Assembly (NCBI RefSeq): GCF_006345805.1
Contig: NC_043005.1
Location: forward strand, 14,880,001 to 14,944,000
DNA length: 64,000 nucleotides
Origin: Octopus sinensis
Lineage: Eukaryota
Direction of reading: 5' to 3'
Notes under the pieces: model-generated
What the model was told of the DNA's origin: nothing
Databases searched by the model: none
Seen by the model: only the letters and a program-made list of their open reading frames with translations
Shown: in pieces, positions 13,843-24,204 of the stretch
How the letters are laid out: each line of letters starts with the position of its first letter
How positions within the stretch are numbered: the first letter of the stretch is position 1
Program-made: the position numbers and the translations under genes

Positions 13843-14090
13843 TGGGTCATTCCAGTTCGAATAATGCAGAGTCTGGTGATCGTGTTTCAGCAGCCAATAG
13901 TGTTCATATCAAAACAGAATCTGCTCAACCGGTTGCAGACCTCTGCAAAGAAGAGGGGGAAGGTGAAGAAGTAGATGCTAGTTTTAAGTCTTCTTCGCAA
14001 GGTAAATTATACACTCAGTCTCGATCTCGTTCAATTCCAGGATGGTTTGGTAAAGGTCTCAGCATTCGCAAGAAAAGAAAACGATTTTGA
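1668..14090 (+). CDS. SIRT7: NAD-dependent deacetylase sirtuin-7, spliced CDS, 5'-incomplete: join(1668..1805,3689..3793,4269..4339,5571..5643,5777..5875,9024..9260,10251..10371,10714..10780,12866..14090)
   Basis: Nine GT-AG exons join in frame (2136 nt, 711 aa plus stop). Motifs seen: [37 protein letters not shown], catalytic EVHGN, Zn-binding CYKC and [31 protein letters not shown] and C-terminal GWFGKG..RKKRK. All match SIRT7 as recalled from the human protein. No first exon was found in 1-1667. Confidence 0.96.
1928..2236 (-). mobile_element. CR1-type LINE 3' end (ORF2 C-terminus plus 3' UTR with (ATT)n tail)
   Basis: Matches the 3' end of the longer copy at 52604-53340. Further copies at 6305-6395 (-), 16410-16660 (-), 25846-26185 (+) and 56650-56997 (+). 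Confidence 0.85.
2676..3020 (-). mobile_element. Family A repeat (RTE 3' UTR-derived: tandem hairpin units, GGTTGGCGTTAGGAAGGGCATCC domain, (GAT)n tail)
   Basis: More than 20 copies, e.g. 4878-5196 +, 7786-8031 +, 10832-11016 +, 11331-11560 -, 14794-14969 +, 15392-15537 +, 15975-16397 +, 33972-34175 -, 39345-39700 +, 49085-49442 +, 50296-50660 +, 55202-55402 -, 59298-59640 -, 62076-62375 +, 62498-62870 +, 63661-64000 -. Confidence 0.88.
3689..3793 (+). CDS. SIRT7: SIRT7 exon ([11 protein letters not shown]...VYTGAGIST), 105 nt
   Basis: tttcag acceptor, gtgagt donor; sirtuin GAGIS NAD-binding motif. Confidence 0.96.
4269..4339 (+). CDS. SIRT7: SIRT7 exon ([23 protein letters not shown]), 71 nt
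   Basis: cactag acceptor, gtaagc donor; PDYRG motif; not in the ORF track because it is short. Confidence 0.96.
4878..5196 (+). mobile_element. Family A / RTE 3' end copy
   Basis: Ends in GGACGTTAAACGATGATGATG; inverted relative to 2676-3020. Confidence 0.88.
5571..5643 (+). CDS. SIRT7: SIRT7 exon ([24 protein letters not shown]), 73 nt
   Basis: ttgtag acceptor, gtaagt donor; AEPTxTHM motif. Confidence 0.95.
5777..5875 (+). CDS. SIRT7: SIRT7 exon ([17 protein letters not shown]...EVHGNMYLE), 99 nt
   Basis: ctgcag acceptor, gtgaga donor; QNCDGLH and catalytic HG motifs. Confidence 0.96.
6398..6910 (+). mobile_element. Second HINE-like element
   Basis: 5' ACTAGCTGACCC, 3' microsatellite then ATTATTATATTAGGAGAT. 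Confidence 0.5.
8211..8776 (+). mobile_element. Internally deleted mariner element, 566 bp, 29-bp TIRs, TA TSD
   Basis: TIRs ttgggttgtctggaaagtttgtgctgatt / aatcggcatgaactttccggacaacccaa, TA on both sides. N-terminal [13 protein letters not shown] is fused to C-terminal [27 protein letters not shown]. Confidence 0.93.
9024..9260 (+). CDS. SIRT7: SIRT7 exon ([11 protein letters not shown]...ILCLGTSLK), 237 nt, zinc-binding module
   Basis: ttccag acceptor, gttgtt donor; two CxxC motifs, [15 protein letters not shown]. Confidence 0.96.
9352..9752 (+). mobile_element. HINE/DINE-1-like non-autonomous Helitron-type element
   Basis: 5' ACTAGCAGTATCGCCCAGCGTTGCTCGGG, (GACA)-type repeat near the 3' end, terminus CTTTTATATATAAAGAT. 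Confidence 0.65.
10251..10371 (+). CDS. SIRT7: SIRT7 exon ([41 protein letters not shown]), 121 nt
   Basis: tcttag acceptor, gtgaga donor; [10 protein letters not shown] motif. Confidence 0.95.
10714..10780 (+). CDS. SIRT7: SIRT7 exon ([22 protein letters not shown]), 67 nt
   Basis: Polypyrimidine tract then aaaag acceptor, gtaatg donor; CDDVM motif; phases 1-2 fit the neighbouring exons. Confidence 0.93.
11037..11268 (-). mobile_element. tRNA-derived SINE family C with Nin/Deu-like domain (GCCTTTCATCCTTTCGGGGTCGATAAATTAAGTACC)
   Basis: Head GGCGAGCTGGCAGAA..GAGTTCAAATTCC. Copies at about 3290-3465, 4470-4680, 5930-6140, 8790-8960, 9753-9968, 14975-15180, 18476-18670, 18730-18910, 18973-19155, 21480-21695, 24975-25150, 37757-37960, 38112-38337, 41020-41220 and 60385-60600. 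Confidence 0.85.
11870..12231. mobile_element. MITE of about 360 bp with 38-bp TIRs (37/38), next to (TA)n
   Basis: tataagagagttactgttaagtggttaactctagtgct (11870-11907) versus agcactagagttaaccacttaacggtaactctcttata (12194-12231); the TIR may extend about 15 bp further out. Confidence 0.85.
12866..14090 (+). CDS. SIRT7: SIRT7 terminal exon, 1225 nt ([16 protein letters not shown] ... long low-complexity insert ... [19 protein letters not shown])
   Basis: caacag acceptor in phase 2; continuous ORF (track 12801..14090); both ends resemble human DPIFSLATPLR and GGWFGRG..KRKK. Confidence 0.92.
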
Positions 14091-14147
14091 CAAACTTTTA
14101 AATGATTAGGGAGAAAGCTCTTCATATTTGCAATAATAATAATAATG

Positions 14148-14178
<31 letters not shown>

Positions 14179-14198
14179 TAATAATAATATAAAAAAAA

Positions 14199-14421
14199 GG
14201 CATGATAAAAAAATATTCAGACAAATACATAACAAAAACACCAGGACTTACAAACACATATAACATACAGAAAATTGCACTACTAGGCACTGCACACATC
14301 CTACGCAGAACACTTTCCATACAATAACCATCAGAGCATCACAACAAATCACAGCACATACCCAAGGCACACAGAGCTGCGCTCGGTAGTGAAGTGAAAG
14401 CACGCTATAAAAATAAAACTA

Positions 14422-14425
<4 letters not shown>
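14199..14425 (+). mobile_element. 3' end of an R4/Dong-clade LINE inserted in (TAA)n just after the SIRT7 stop
   Basis: GMIKKYSDKYITKTPGLTNTYNIQKIALLGTAHILRRTLSIQ* (14199-14327) is the typical RLE-LINE C-terminus; (AAT)n tracts lie on both sides. Confidence 0.75.
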
Positions 14426-14464
<39 letters not shown>

Positions 14465-14509
14465 GATAATAATAATAATAATAATAGTAATAATAATAAT
14501 AATAATAAC

Positions 14510-14549
<40 letters not shown>

Positions 14550-16810
14550 TAGAAAAGATTGAGGTAACTCCTCCTGAAGATATAGAGTCAAAATTAAAAG
14601 AAGAGTGCCATTTTGACTCTATATATTCAGGAGGGGTTACCTCAATCCTTTCTGTATTAACCAAAATGAAGTAGATTGACAAATTTATTTTTTGAACCTG
14701 TTGAAGACACACAAGATGTCGAAATATCGTTCACTAGATAACAACGGCACTCTTCTTTTAATTTTGATTTTAATAATAATAATAATAATAATAAAGCACC
14801 CACTACACTCACGGAGTGGTTGGCGTTAGGAAGGGCATCCAGCTGTAGAAACATTGCCAGATAAGACTGGAGCCTGGTGTAGCCTTCTGGCTTCCCAGAT
14901 CCCCGGTTGAACCGTCCAACCCATGCTAGCATGAAGAACGGACGTTAAACAATGATGATGATGATGATGAATAATAAGGGTTTCAGATTTTGGCACAAGG
15001 CCAGCAATTTTAGAAGAGGGATTAAGTCGATTATGCTAACCTTAGTGTTCAACTTTACTTTATTGGCCCCAAAATGATAAAAGGTAAAGTTGGCCTCTGC
15101 AGAGTTTGAACTCAGAATGTAAAGATTGACAAAATACTGCTAGGCCCTTTTTGCAGTGTATTAACAATTCTGCCAACTTTCTGTTTTGGTAATAATAATA
15201 TGATGTTGATTTTTTTACTTTTCTTTTATGAGATAGTCAGAGGAAGGGAAATAGTCTCCATTACCTTTGTAGGTTCTCCCTGCTTGATAAAATTAGCATA
15301 AAACATCATGAGTCTGTGAAGAATATATACTGTTGATTCAGTCAATCCGAGTATATAACTGGTTCTTATTTCATTGAATTCTTCTCTACTGATTTGGTGT
15401 TAGGAAGGGCATCCAGCTGTAGAAACATTGCCAGATCAGACTGGAGCCTGGTGCAGCCTTCTGCCTTCCCAGACCCCAGTTGAACCGTCCAACCCATGCC
15501 AGCATGGAAAGCGGACGCTAAACAATGATGATGATGATTGATATTAAAAATATAGAAGATATTTGATGGTTTCTCACTATGGTAAAATGTTGTTAATTTA
15601 TTTGTCTCTGGTATCTGACCAAGACACTCTCTTTAACTGTTACAAGGACCGACCCCCTCTCTACTAAACAAAGCACAATGTATTACAATACAGTGCAAAA
15701 TAATATGATACAAACTTAATAAACAAAAAGTGATGGGGCATTACATAGAAGGGTGTGCATTTATACAGTCATAGTTATATACATTTGTATGAACGAGTGT
15801 GCATACTCGTGTATTTATGTAGATAAAGCTATAAATACCAATGTGTAGCGTATTAGTTTAAAAACCGTTTGGATGAAAAATAGTTGAAGGCTGCCTGGAG
15901 AGCTCAAACCCACATGTGTAAACACGACAGATATGCTAGCATGTCTGTCATGTTTATGTATGTATATAACCAATCCTATGACTGGCACCCGGCAGATGCC
16001 AGGACCCCTGGACTGGAGATACGTAAAAAGCACTATCCGAATCGTGGTCAATGCCAGCGCCGCCTCGACTGGCTTCCGTGTCAGTGGCACGTGAAAAGCA
16101 CCATCTGAATCGTGGCCGAAGCCAGTGCCGCCTCGACTGGCTTCCGTGCAGGTGGCACGTAAAATGCACCAATCCGACCGTGGCCGATGCCAGCCTCGCC
16201 TGGTTCCAATGCAGGTGGCACGTAAAAAGCACCCACTACACTCACGGAGTGGTTGGTGTTAGGAAGGGCATCCAGCTGTAGAAACATTGCCAGATAAGAC
16301 TGGAGCCTGGTGCAGCCTTTTGGCTTCCCAGATCCCCGGTCGAACCGTCCAACCCATGCTAGCATGGAGAACGGACGTTAAACGATGATGATGATGTATA
16401 TATATTTTTGTAATAATAATGAAATTATTGTATACAATGCTCAGGTGCACCACAACTTGTCAGAAAGTGCGTATAAAGCATATGCAATAATGTACAAATG
16501 TCTGGAAAGTGAACAATGTATGAGTCAGATACATGCTTGCGTGTGTATGGAGGGGAGAAAATCAGGTGTAGTGTTGACGAATCTCAGGAAGCATGGAAGT
16601 TTTGAAGGATGCAGTGCTCCGACAACTGATGCCGGCAGTTTGTTCCATGCTTCAGCAACTCTTATACAGGGAAACAGTTCTTGAAAAATACGAAACCTCT
16701 GATGTAGAAGAGTAACGAGAGAAAATCAATAACAATAAAACCCCTCCTGTCTCTGCCTTTTCACTACACCAGCTTCCGGCTGAAACTGGAGTCTCAAACA
16801 TTTTGCTTCC

Positions 16811-17076
16811 TTAACCTTTTAACATTTAAACCAGCCTTATCTGGCCAAAATATTATCTTTGTTTTATGATCAACCTGGCCCAATCTGGCCTCTTACACCT
16901 TCCCTACAGTATACTCTTTTACTTGTTTCAGTCATTTGACTGCGGCCATGCTGGAGCACCGCCTTTAGTCGAGCAAATCGTCCCCAGGACTTATTCTTTG
17001 TAAGCCTAGTACTTATTCTATCGTTTGCTGAACCACTAAGTTATGGGGACGCACGCACACCAGCATCGGTTGTCAA

Positions 17077-17118
<42 letters not shown>

Positions 17119-17427
17119 CACACATTTATACGACGGGCTTCTTTCAGTTTCCGTCTACCAAATCCACTCACAAGGCTTTGGTCGGCCCGAGGCTATAGTA
17201 GAAGACACTTGCCCAAGGTGCCACGCAGTGGGACTGAACCCAAAACCATGTGGTTGGTAAGAAAGCTACTTACCACACAGCCACTCCTGCGCCTATGTAT
17301 CATTCTAAAAATAAATAATCACATCATTGAAATCTCCAAGCTATAAAGCTAATGCATGATTTTTTCAAAACAATGTGAATAAATAAGCATTACATTTGAC
17401 AAAGTAATATGAACACTAAAGGTTTAA
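16811..17427. mobile_element. piggyBac-like MITE (TTAA ends, degenerate ccttt..aaagg termini) interrupted by SINE B
   Basis: ttaaccttttaacattt ... gaacactaaaggtttaa with SINE B at 16915-17295 inside. Confidence 0.55.
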
Positions 17428-18934
17428 AATATAATATTGTCACTCACATTAAACAGTTTGATTGTAGTCTTAAGTGAGACCCACCACAAAGTATTAATCC
17501 ACTTTTGGAACATTGCTGCTACTACAGATACATTCGTACACATCTCCCCAAATCCCTTCTTAACCAACTGATTGATACATGAAGCCTTCACTGACACACC
17601 TCGACGTCTTGCTCACAGACTCACTGTTTCCTCACTTCATTTCTTTTACCACTACTAGTGTAGTGGCCTCTACTCTTCATATCAGGTTGATCTTATTTCA
17701 CTTCCTAAATCAAAGTGTCTTTCTTCCTCTCACCACCCATATAATATAGCATTAACCTCTGTATACAATCCTTCTTCTCCAGATATCAGTCCTTTAGAAT
17801 TCCCTCTTGATGTTTTTCTGCAATCATCAGCTGAGTTGTATCAACAAGGATGCAACTGAAAGGACTGAGGACAGACATTTTACTCTCTGATCAAAATGTT
17901 TTAGACTTTTTCAAGTTTTACTTAGAGAAGATGCTTTCCTCCAGTAAATCTGTTGAAAGTTGAATGAGAATAGTGAGCATGGCATGAATGAATGGGTCCA
18001 TTCTCAGTATTTGGGAGTAGCAACTAGGAGAGTACATATACTTTTAGTCAGTAGGGTAATCTTAAGAGTGTAGGATTCTTTGATTGACCCCAAATAGTGG
18101 TACTCTGGGATATCACACATTTGTATACTGTGCATACAATTTTATTGACACTTTTTGCTTTGTAACTTGTCTCTTTAATATCTTCTCATCCATTGCCCTT
18201 GTGGCAATAAAAGGAAAGATTCATTGATGTTATTGACATCTCCGGCATCATGCCAAACGATCCCGGAGACATGCACCTGCCGACTGCTAGCCCTCAATAT
18301 AGTCTGGACCCCCTTGGGGTGCAACAGTCACCTAGAGCGTGACTATCCAGCGTGGGACGACCCGTAAGCTCACGGGTCTGTTTCCATTAACTTACGGGTC
18401 GGACCACATCGCTGTATTTATTCGGAGCATATCACCACAGACTCCCGGCGACTGACGGCATCGGTCGCGGCTATTATTGAGCTGGCAGAATTGTTATTGC
18501 ACAGGGAAAATTGCTTAGTGGCATTTCGTCTGTTCTGAGTTCAAATACTACCGAGGTTGACTTTGCCTTTCATCCTTTTGCGATCGATAAAATAAGTACC
18601 AGTTCAGTACTGCGGTTGATGTAGTGTTAGGGTTAAGGTTAGGGTTTGGCCTTGTACCAAAATTTGAAACCAATATTATTGTTGTTGTTGTTGTTGTTGT
18701 TTTTATTATTATTATTATTATTATACACTGGGAAAAATGCTAGCAGCATTTCTTTCGACTTTACATTCTGAGTTTGAATGCTGCTGGTGTTGACTTTGTC
18801 TTTCATCCTTTCAGAGTCGATAAAATAAGTACCAGTTGGACGCTGGGGTCGATGTAATCAACTTGTCCCCTCCCTCAAAATTGCTGGACTTGTGCCAAAA
18901 TTTGAAATCATCATTATTATTATTATTATTGTTA

Positions 18935-18974
<40 letters not shown>

Positions 18975-19961
18975 GGTGGTCAACTGGCTGAATTGTTAGC
19001 ATGCTGGACAAAATGCTGAGTGACCTTTCATCTGTCTTTACTATTTGAGTTCAAATTCTGCCGAGGTCAACTAAGTACCAGTTGAGCAATGGGACCAATG
19101 TAATTAGCTGTCACCTCCCCCTAATATTGCTGGTCTTGAACCAAAATCTGAAACCCTTATCATTTTCATCATCATTATTATTATTATTATTATTTAAATC
19201 TCACTGAAGTCAATTCTGTTTTTGGGGATGATAAAATAGTGCTAGATAGATCTGATGGGTTTTTTTCATTTCTTTTCCTTTTTTTTTTTTTTTTCACTCT
19301 ACCACTTTGTATACAAGTATCATAGAATCTGCTCTCCATTTGTATAGAGAATGCCTATGTTGTTGTGTAGCCCTTGGTCATCCCTGATCAAGCTGTCATA
19401 TGACCTGCAGGTAGATGACTAAATAACGACACAAAAATTCCAGATCTGTTTTCCTAGTTATATCATGTCTCCTCTTAGTTGAGGACCACACTGCAGACTC
19501 CAACATGCAATGATGAATTGCATAAGGTACAGTGTGACAGACTGGACTCATTGCACTCTTCCGATTGTCTAAGCTATTCTTATAAGGCCGTAGATTCTGA
19601 TGCTGGCCACAACAGATGTAAGGAAGGTAGACTCAGTTAGAATGTGGCTGTTGTTCCACTACACTTATAGTTGGTGGTATGCATTTCAGTTGAGCATTTT
19701 GGGCAGTAAGGCTATTTATATTGCTGCTATCAGCGTGTGTGTTTGTATGTAAGTTTTTCATGCTTGTCTGTGCTGAATGAGAGGGCCAGTGTTTTAGGAT
19801 GTTGTAGTCATGTTCCAGCTCACTATGTTCTGAGTTCAAAATCTTGTCTAGGACAAATTTGTTTTCATCATTTGTACCAATAAATTAAAGTATCAGTCAA
19901 TTACTAGGGTCAATGGAATTGTCTTACCTTTTCCCCTCAAAATTACTGTTCTTGTGCCAAA

Positions 19962-20003
<42 letters not shown>

Positions 20004-20004
20004 G

Positions 20005-20250
20005 TGGAGGTGTGTGGCTTAGTGGTTAGGGTTTCAGCTTCATGATCGTAAGATTGTGGTTTTGATTCCTGGACCAGGCGACGCGTTGTGTTCTTGAGCA
20101 AGATACTTCATTTCACATTGCTCCAGTCCACTCAGCTGGCAAAAATGAGTAACACTGCGATGGACTGGCGTCCCGTCCAGCTGGGGAACACATACACCAT
20201 TGAAACCAGGAAACTGGGCCCATGAGCCTGACTAGGCTTTAAAAAGGCAC
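20005..20250 (+). mobile_element. SINE family D copy between (TTA)n tracts
   Basis: TGGCTTAGTGG A box, GTTTTGATTCC B-box-like, same core and tail as 319-564. Confidence 0.75.
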
Positions 20251-20279
20251 ATTTATTTATTTATTTATTTTTATTTATT

Positions 20280-20333
<54 letters not shown>

Positions 20334-23119
20334 CAACATAAATGTACCTCTGAGCAATAATATGTTTTTCAATTCAAAAACTAATTGGGGGTTCCTGCAA
20401 TGCTAAAAATAGCAACCAATCCTGCTTTAAATTGCACCCTACCAATGTAAATAAAGGATATGTTGAATAATAATGTGTAATAGGAAAAAGATTATATAGT
20501 CATAGCTGGAATTCCGTTGATCACAGGACTAACCAAAGGCTAAACAACAACATCTTCCATGGGATTGCTTTAATTTACATTTTACTACATCAGTCCTGAT
20601 TAGACTTATTTATATTACTTTATATTTCATTTGCTATATTTAGTTAACACTCTAATTTTAATTATTTCATTAGCTACCACATATATTTAATTATATAGTT
20701 AACTATCATACCTATTTTTTATGATTTAGTTGGCTACTACATCTATTTTTAATTATTTGATATTCTACCACCTTTTTTTAATTCTTTATTTTATTTACAA
20801 AGATTTAAAAAAATAATAATGAAAATACATTTTTAACGAGCCCCCTAAAATATTGCTCTCTCTTTTTTACACATAATTTCTATTTATTTATTAACATTTC
20901 AACAAAATATCATTCTTCTGTTTGATATTAACGAAAGATATAATCCTTTTTTTCTTTCCCCATTTTAACTTGATTATTCTTCCTATTTTTTTTTCTAATT
21001 GAGCTGTCATAATTTTATCCTATTTAAGATAATTTTATCTTGGTATGTGTGTGTGTGATTTTTTAAAAATAAATTTAAAACAAGCAAACAATTGATTCTG
21101 TTGCTTATAAAATGTCTAAATTTTTTTGTTTTATATATTTCAGCTTTCTGTCTGCTTGTATATACACCACATGCATTTGTGTCTGTGTGCGTGTGTATGT
21201 TTAGCCATGCATATAATTCTTTGTTTTTCCTAATCCTTTATCAGAGACAAGTTCTCAGTGATTCACTTCATAACCTTTTGGGTCATAAAGTGAACTTCTT
21301 AAACTACATGGCTACACCTGTACCTGTAATGTCACACCTGGAACTGCTTTAAGCTCTCTCTGGTGCAAGTTGGTCATAGTCATGAAGAAAGTTCTACAGA
21401 ACACTATGGTACCTAAACCTGAGATTAACACTACTGTGTAGATATAGAATATTACTCTAAGTTGAAGTTAGAAATGTCTAGAAACATTAGCATCCTGGGC
21501 GAAATGCCTAGCCGTATTTCGTTTGCTGTTACGTTCTGAGTTCAAATTCTGCGAGGTCGACTTTGCCTTTCATCCTTTCGGGGTCGGTAAATTAAGTACC
21601 AGTTACGCACTGGGGTCGATGTAATCGACTTAATACCTATGTCTGTCCTTGTTTGTCCCCTCTGTGTTTAGCCTCTTGTAGGTAATAAAGAAATTAGAAA
21701 TGTCCACTCTTTAATTATGCATGCATATGTGTGTTCGAGAGAGAGAGAGGCAGGCAAGACTGGTTAAAAAGCTACCTTTGAAATCATGTAATCTGTGTTG
21801 CATGTTTGGTAAGTGTCTTCCAACAGAATCTCAAATTGCCCAATGCATTATAGGTGAAATTTGGTTGACAGAAGCTTGTGAGATATGTCATCATCATTAT
21901 AATTTTTATGTCTACCGCTCAATGGTAGCATAAGTTGGACAGTGATGCCCTTCTTGAAGCCAATCTTTTCAATTGCCTCTCATGACTTGCAGGGATATGA
22001 TATACCTATTCTAAAAACTGGGATACCCATGAACAGATACCAAAGTCAACATTGCTTTTCTTTTTTCTAGAGTGGATAAAGTATCAATCAAGAATTGGGA
22101 TAATTTCTTCTCTGTCTGTCTCTCTGAATTAGCTGTGCTGTTCCTTAAGAAATGTTTCACTGGACAACACATAACATCTCTTTCTCCAGAAATCGAAAAG
22201 GGTTGAATGAGGGGCTGGTAAGCTCTATAGAAAACCTGATATGCTACAGTATCCAGCCATACAGTATGGAATGAAAATAAAGAAGGAAACGATATATGCC
22301 ACGGAGCCTCCTAAAACTAGAAACCATTATCTAAGTGTTATTCAAGCCTTGTAAGATTATCTATGATTTAAAGCAATTACTATCTGTTTAAGTAACCACC
22401 ATAAACCATGAATCCAAAAACACTTTATTATAACAAAGGATAACTTGGAATAATGAGACCCCGAAATATAAAAAAAATTCACAAACAAGCACATCAAATA
22501 TACATTACTATCATCAATTCCTAATGAATTTCACTATGGTTTTGACACCTGGGTAGTACCATTCGACCCAGTGGAGTCAACAGCATTAAAAGCGTAAATG
22601 CTGCCTGAGCATCAACAGGAATTGGAAGTGGTGACACATTAGCACAATGGTTCTTAACACTAGCTTCATGATAACTAAGTTATTTTACTAAATTCTTGTT
22701 ATATTTAAAGTAATTGAAAGAAACACAGAGCATCTCAAAGTAAATACAGTAACGAAAGGGTTAACTTATAGTACAATGAGGAAAATCTATTCAATCACTG
22801 ATACATAATAACATGATAACACTAACACAAGGAACAACAAACCTAGAAATTAAAGCATATAGACTAATTAATTAACATTGTCTATTAGATATGTTGTTTC
22901 TCAGTCTACATCATATCACAAACATGAAACTACATCAAAAACAAGAAATTCCTGACTGATTAAAATGTTTTTCTTAATTGGAGAAAGGAAACAAACAAAA
23001 CAAAAATAACCTAACAGTAATTACGGTTTTATTTCACTAAAAGTATTACAGTAATCCCTTGCAATATCACAGTTTATTATTTAAGTTACGTTGATTCCTC
23101 GGTGGTGTTGTTTTCCATT

Positions 23120-23810
23120 TATGATAAAATAAACGAAGTGAGTTCATGGCTCGCAGGACTGTCTGCTGTGCTAACCTTGGTTCATAGGGTGACCTGCTGT
23201 GCTTGAGGAGACCTATTGAGTCAAGTTCATCAACATCAAAATAAAAATCAAATGGATATTGTAATTGAGATACCCGTGCCGGTGGCATGTTGGGCCTCAC
23301 AGAGGAAATGACGAAGTGACTGCGAAGACCCAACAAATGAAGTGAGTTCATGGCTTGCAGGATGGCCTGCTTTGCTAACTTTAGATCGTAGAGTGATCCA
23401 CTGTGTTTGAGGAGACCTATTGAGTCAAGTACGTCAACGTCAACACCAACATCAAAATAAAAATCAAATGGAAATTGTAGTTAAGATACCCTTGCCAGTG
23501 GCACGTAAAAGCACCATCCAAATGTGGCTGATGCCAGTGCTGCCTGACTGGCGTCCGTGTTGGTGACATGTAAAAAGCAGCAACCAATTGTGGCCGTTTG
23601 CCAGCCTCCTTTGGCCCCCGTGCCGGTGGCATGTAAAAAGCACCCACTACACTCACGAAGTGGTTGGAGTTAGGAAGAGCATCCAGCTGTAGAAACACTG
23701 CCAGATCAGACTGGAGCCTGGCGCAGCCTCTTGGCTTCCCAGAACCTGGTCAAACCGTCCAACCCATGCTATCATCGAAAATGGACGTTAAACGATGATG
23801 ATGATGATGA
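23120..23810 (+). mobile_element. Longer family A / RTE 3' UTR copy with an internally duplicated upstream segment
   Basis: The gagacctattgagtcaagt..caaaataaaaatcaaatgga segment occurs twice (about 23208 and 23411) before the standard units and tail. Confidence 0.8.
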
Positions 23811-24039
23811 TATAAATTTAAAAATAATATAAAAAATACACAGTGCAGTACTGTTTCTACTTCGCGGATTTTCACCTATTGTGGAACATAATACCCGCGA
23901 TAGTCAAGGGATTACTATATTATGCTAATTGGGGAAATCTGATCTTTGTTAAGGAGGCTTAGTGACTGCTAAGGACATGTTTCTGAATTATTGGGTTTCC
24001 TTGAAGAGACATTATCAAATTCAAACCTTAATCAGAAAA

Positions 24040-24167
24040 AAAAGTTATAAAGAGATTAAATCACTTCGCATTTTAATTTATTTCATATTCATTTTATTTC
24101 TTTAAAAGTTATAAAGAGATTAAATCACCTCCCATTTTATCTTATTTCATATTCATTTTATTTCTTA
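24040..24167. repeat. Local tandem duplication, period 64 bp
   Basis: aaaagttataaagagattaaatcac.. occurs twice. Confidence 0.9.
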
Positions 24168-24204
24168 TTGGTCCTCCATAGTTAAGTATCAGCTGGTTTG
24201 AGAA

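Noticed and set aside
15975-16225. CRISPR-like appearance of repeated GTGGCACGTAAAAAGCAC units
   Set aside because: The context is eukaryotic, the spacers are homologous to each other, there are no cas genes, and the units are part of the RTE UTR.
21245-21352. Acceptor-like site followed by a 35-codon frame (RQVLSDSLHNLLGH..)
   Set aside because: There is no recognisable homology or partner exon; it could be a non-coding exon but this is unsupported.
23834-23915. Short pogo/Tigger-like remnant (cttcgcggattttcacc..cccgcgata)
   Set aside because: It is too short and degenerate to delimit TIRs or a TSD with confidence.
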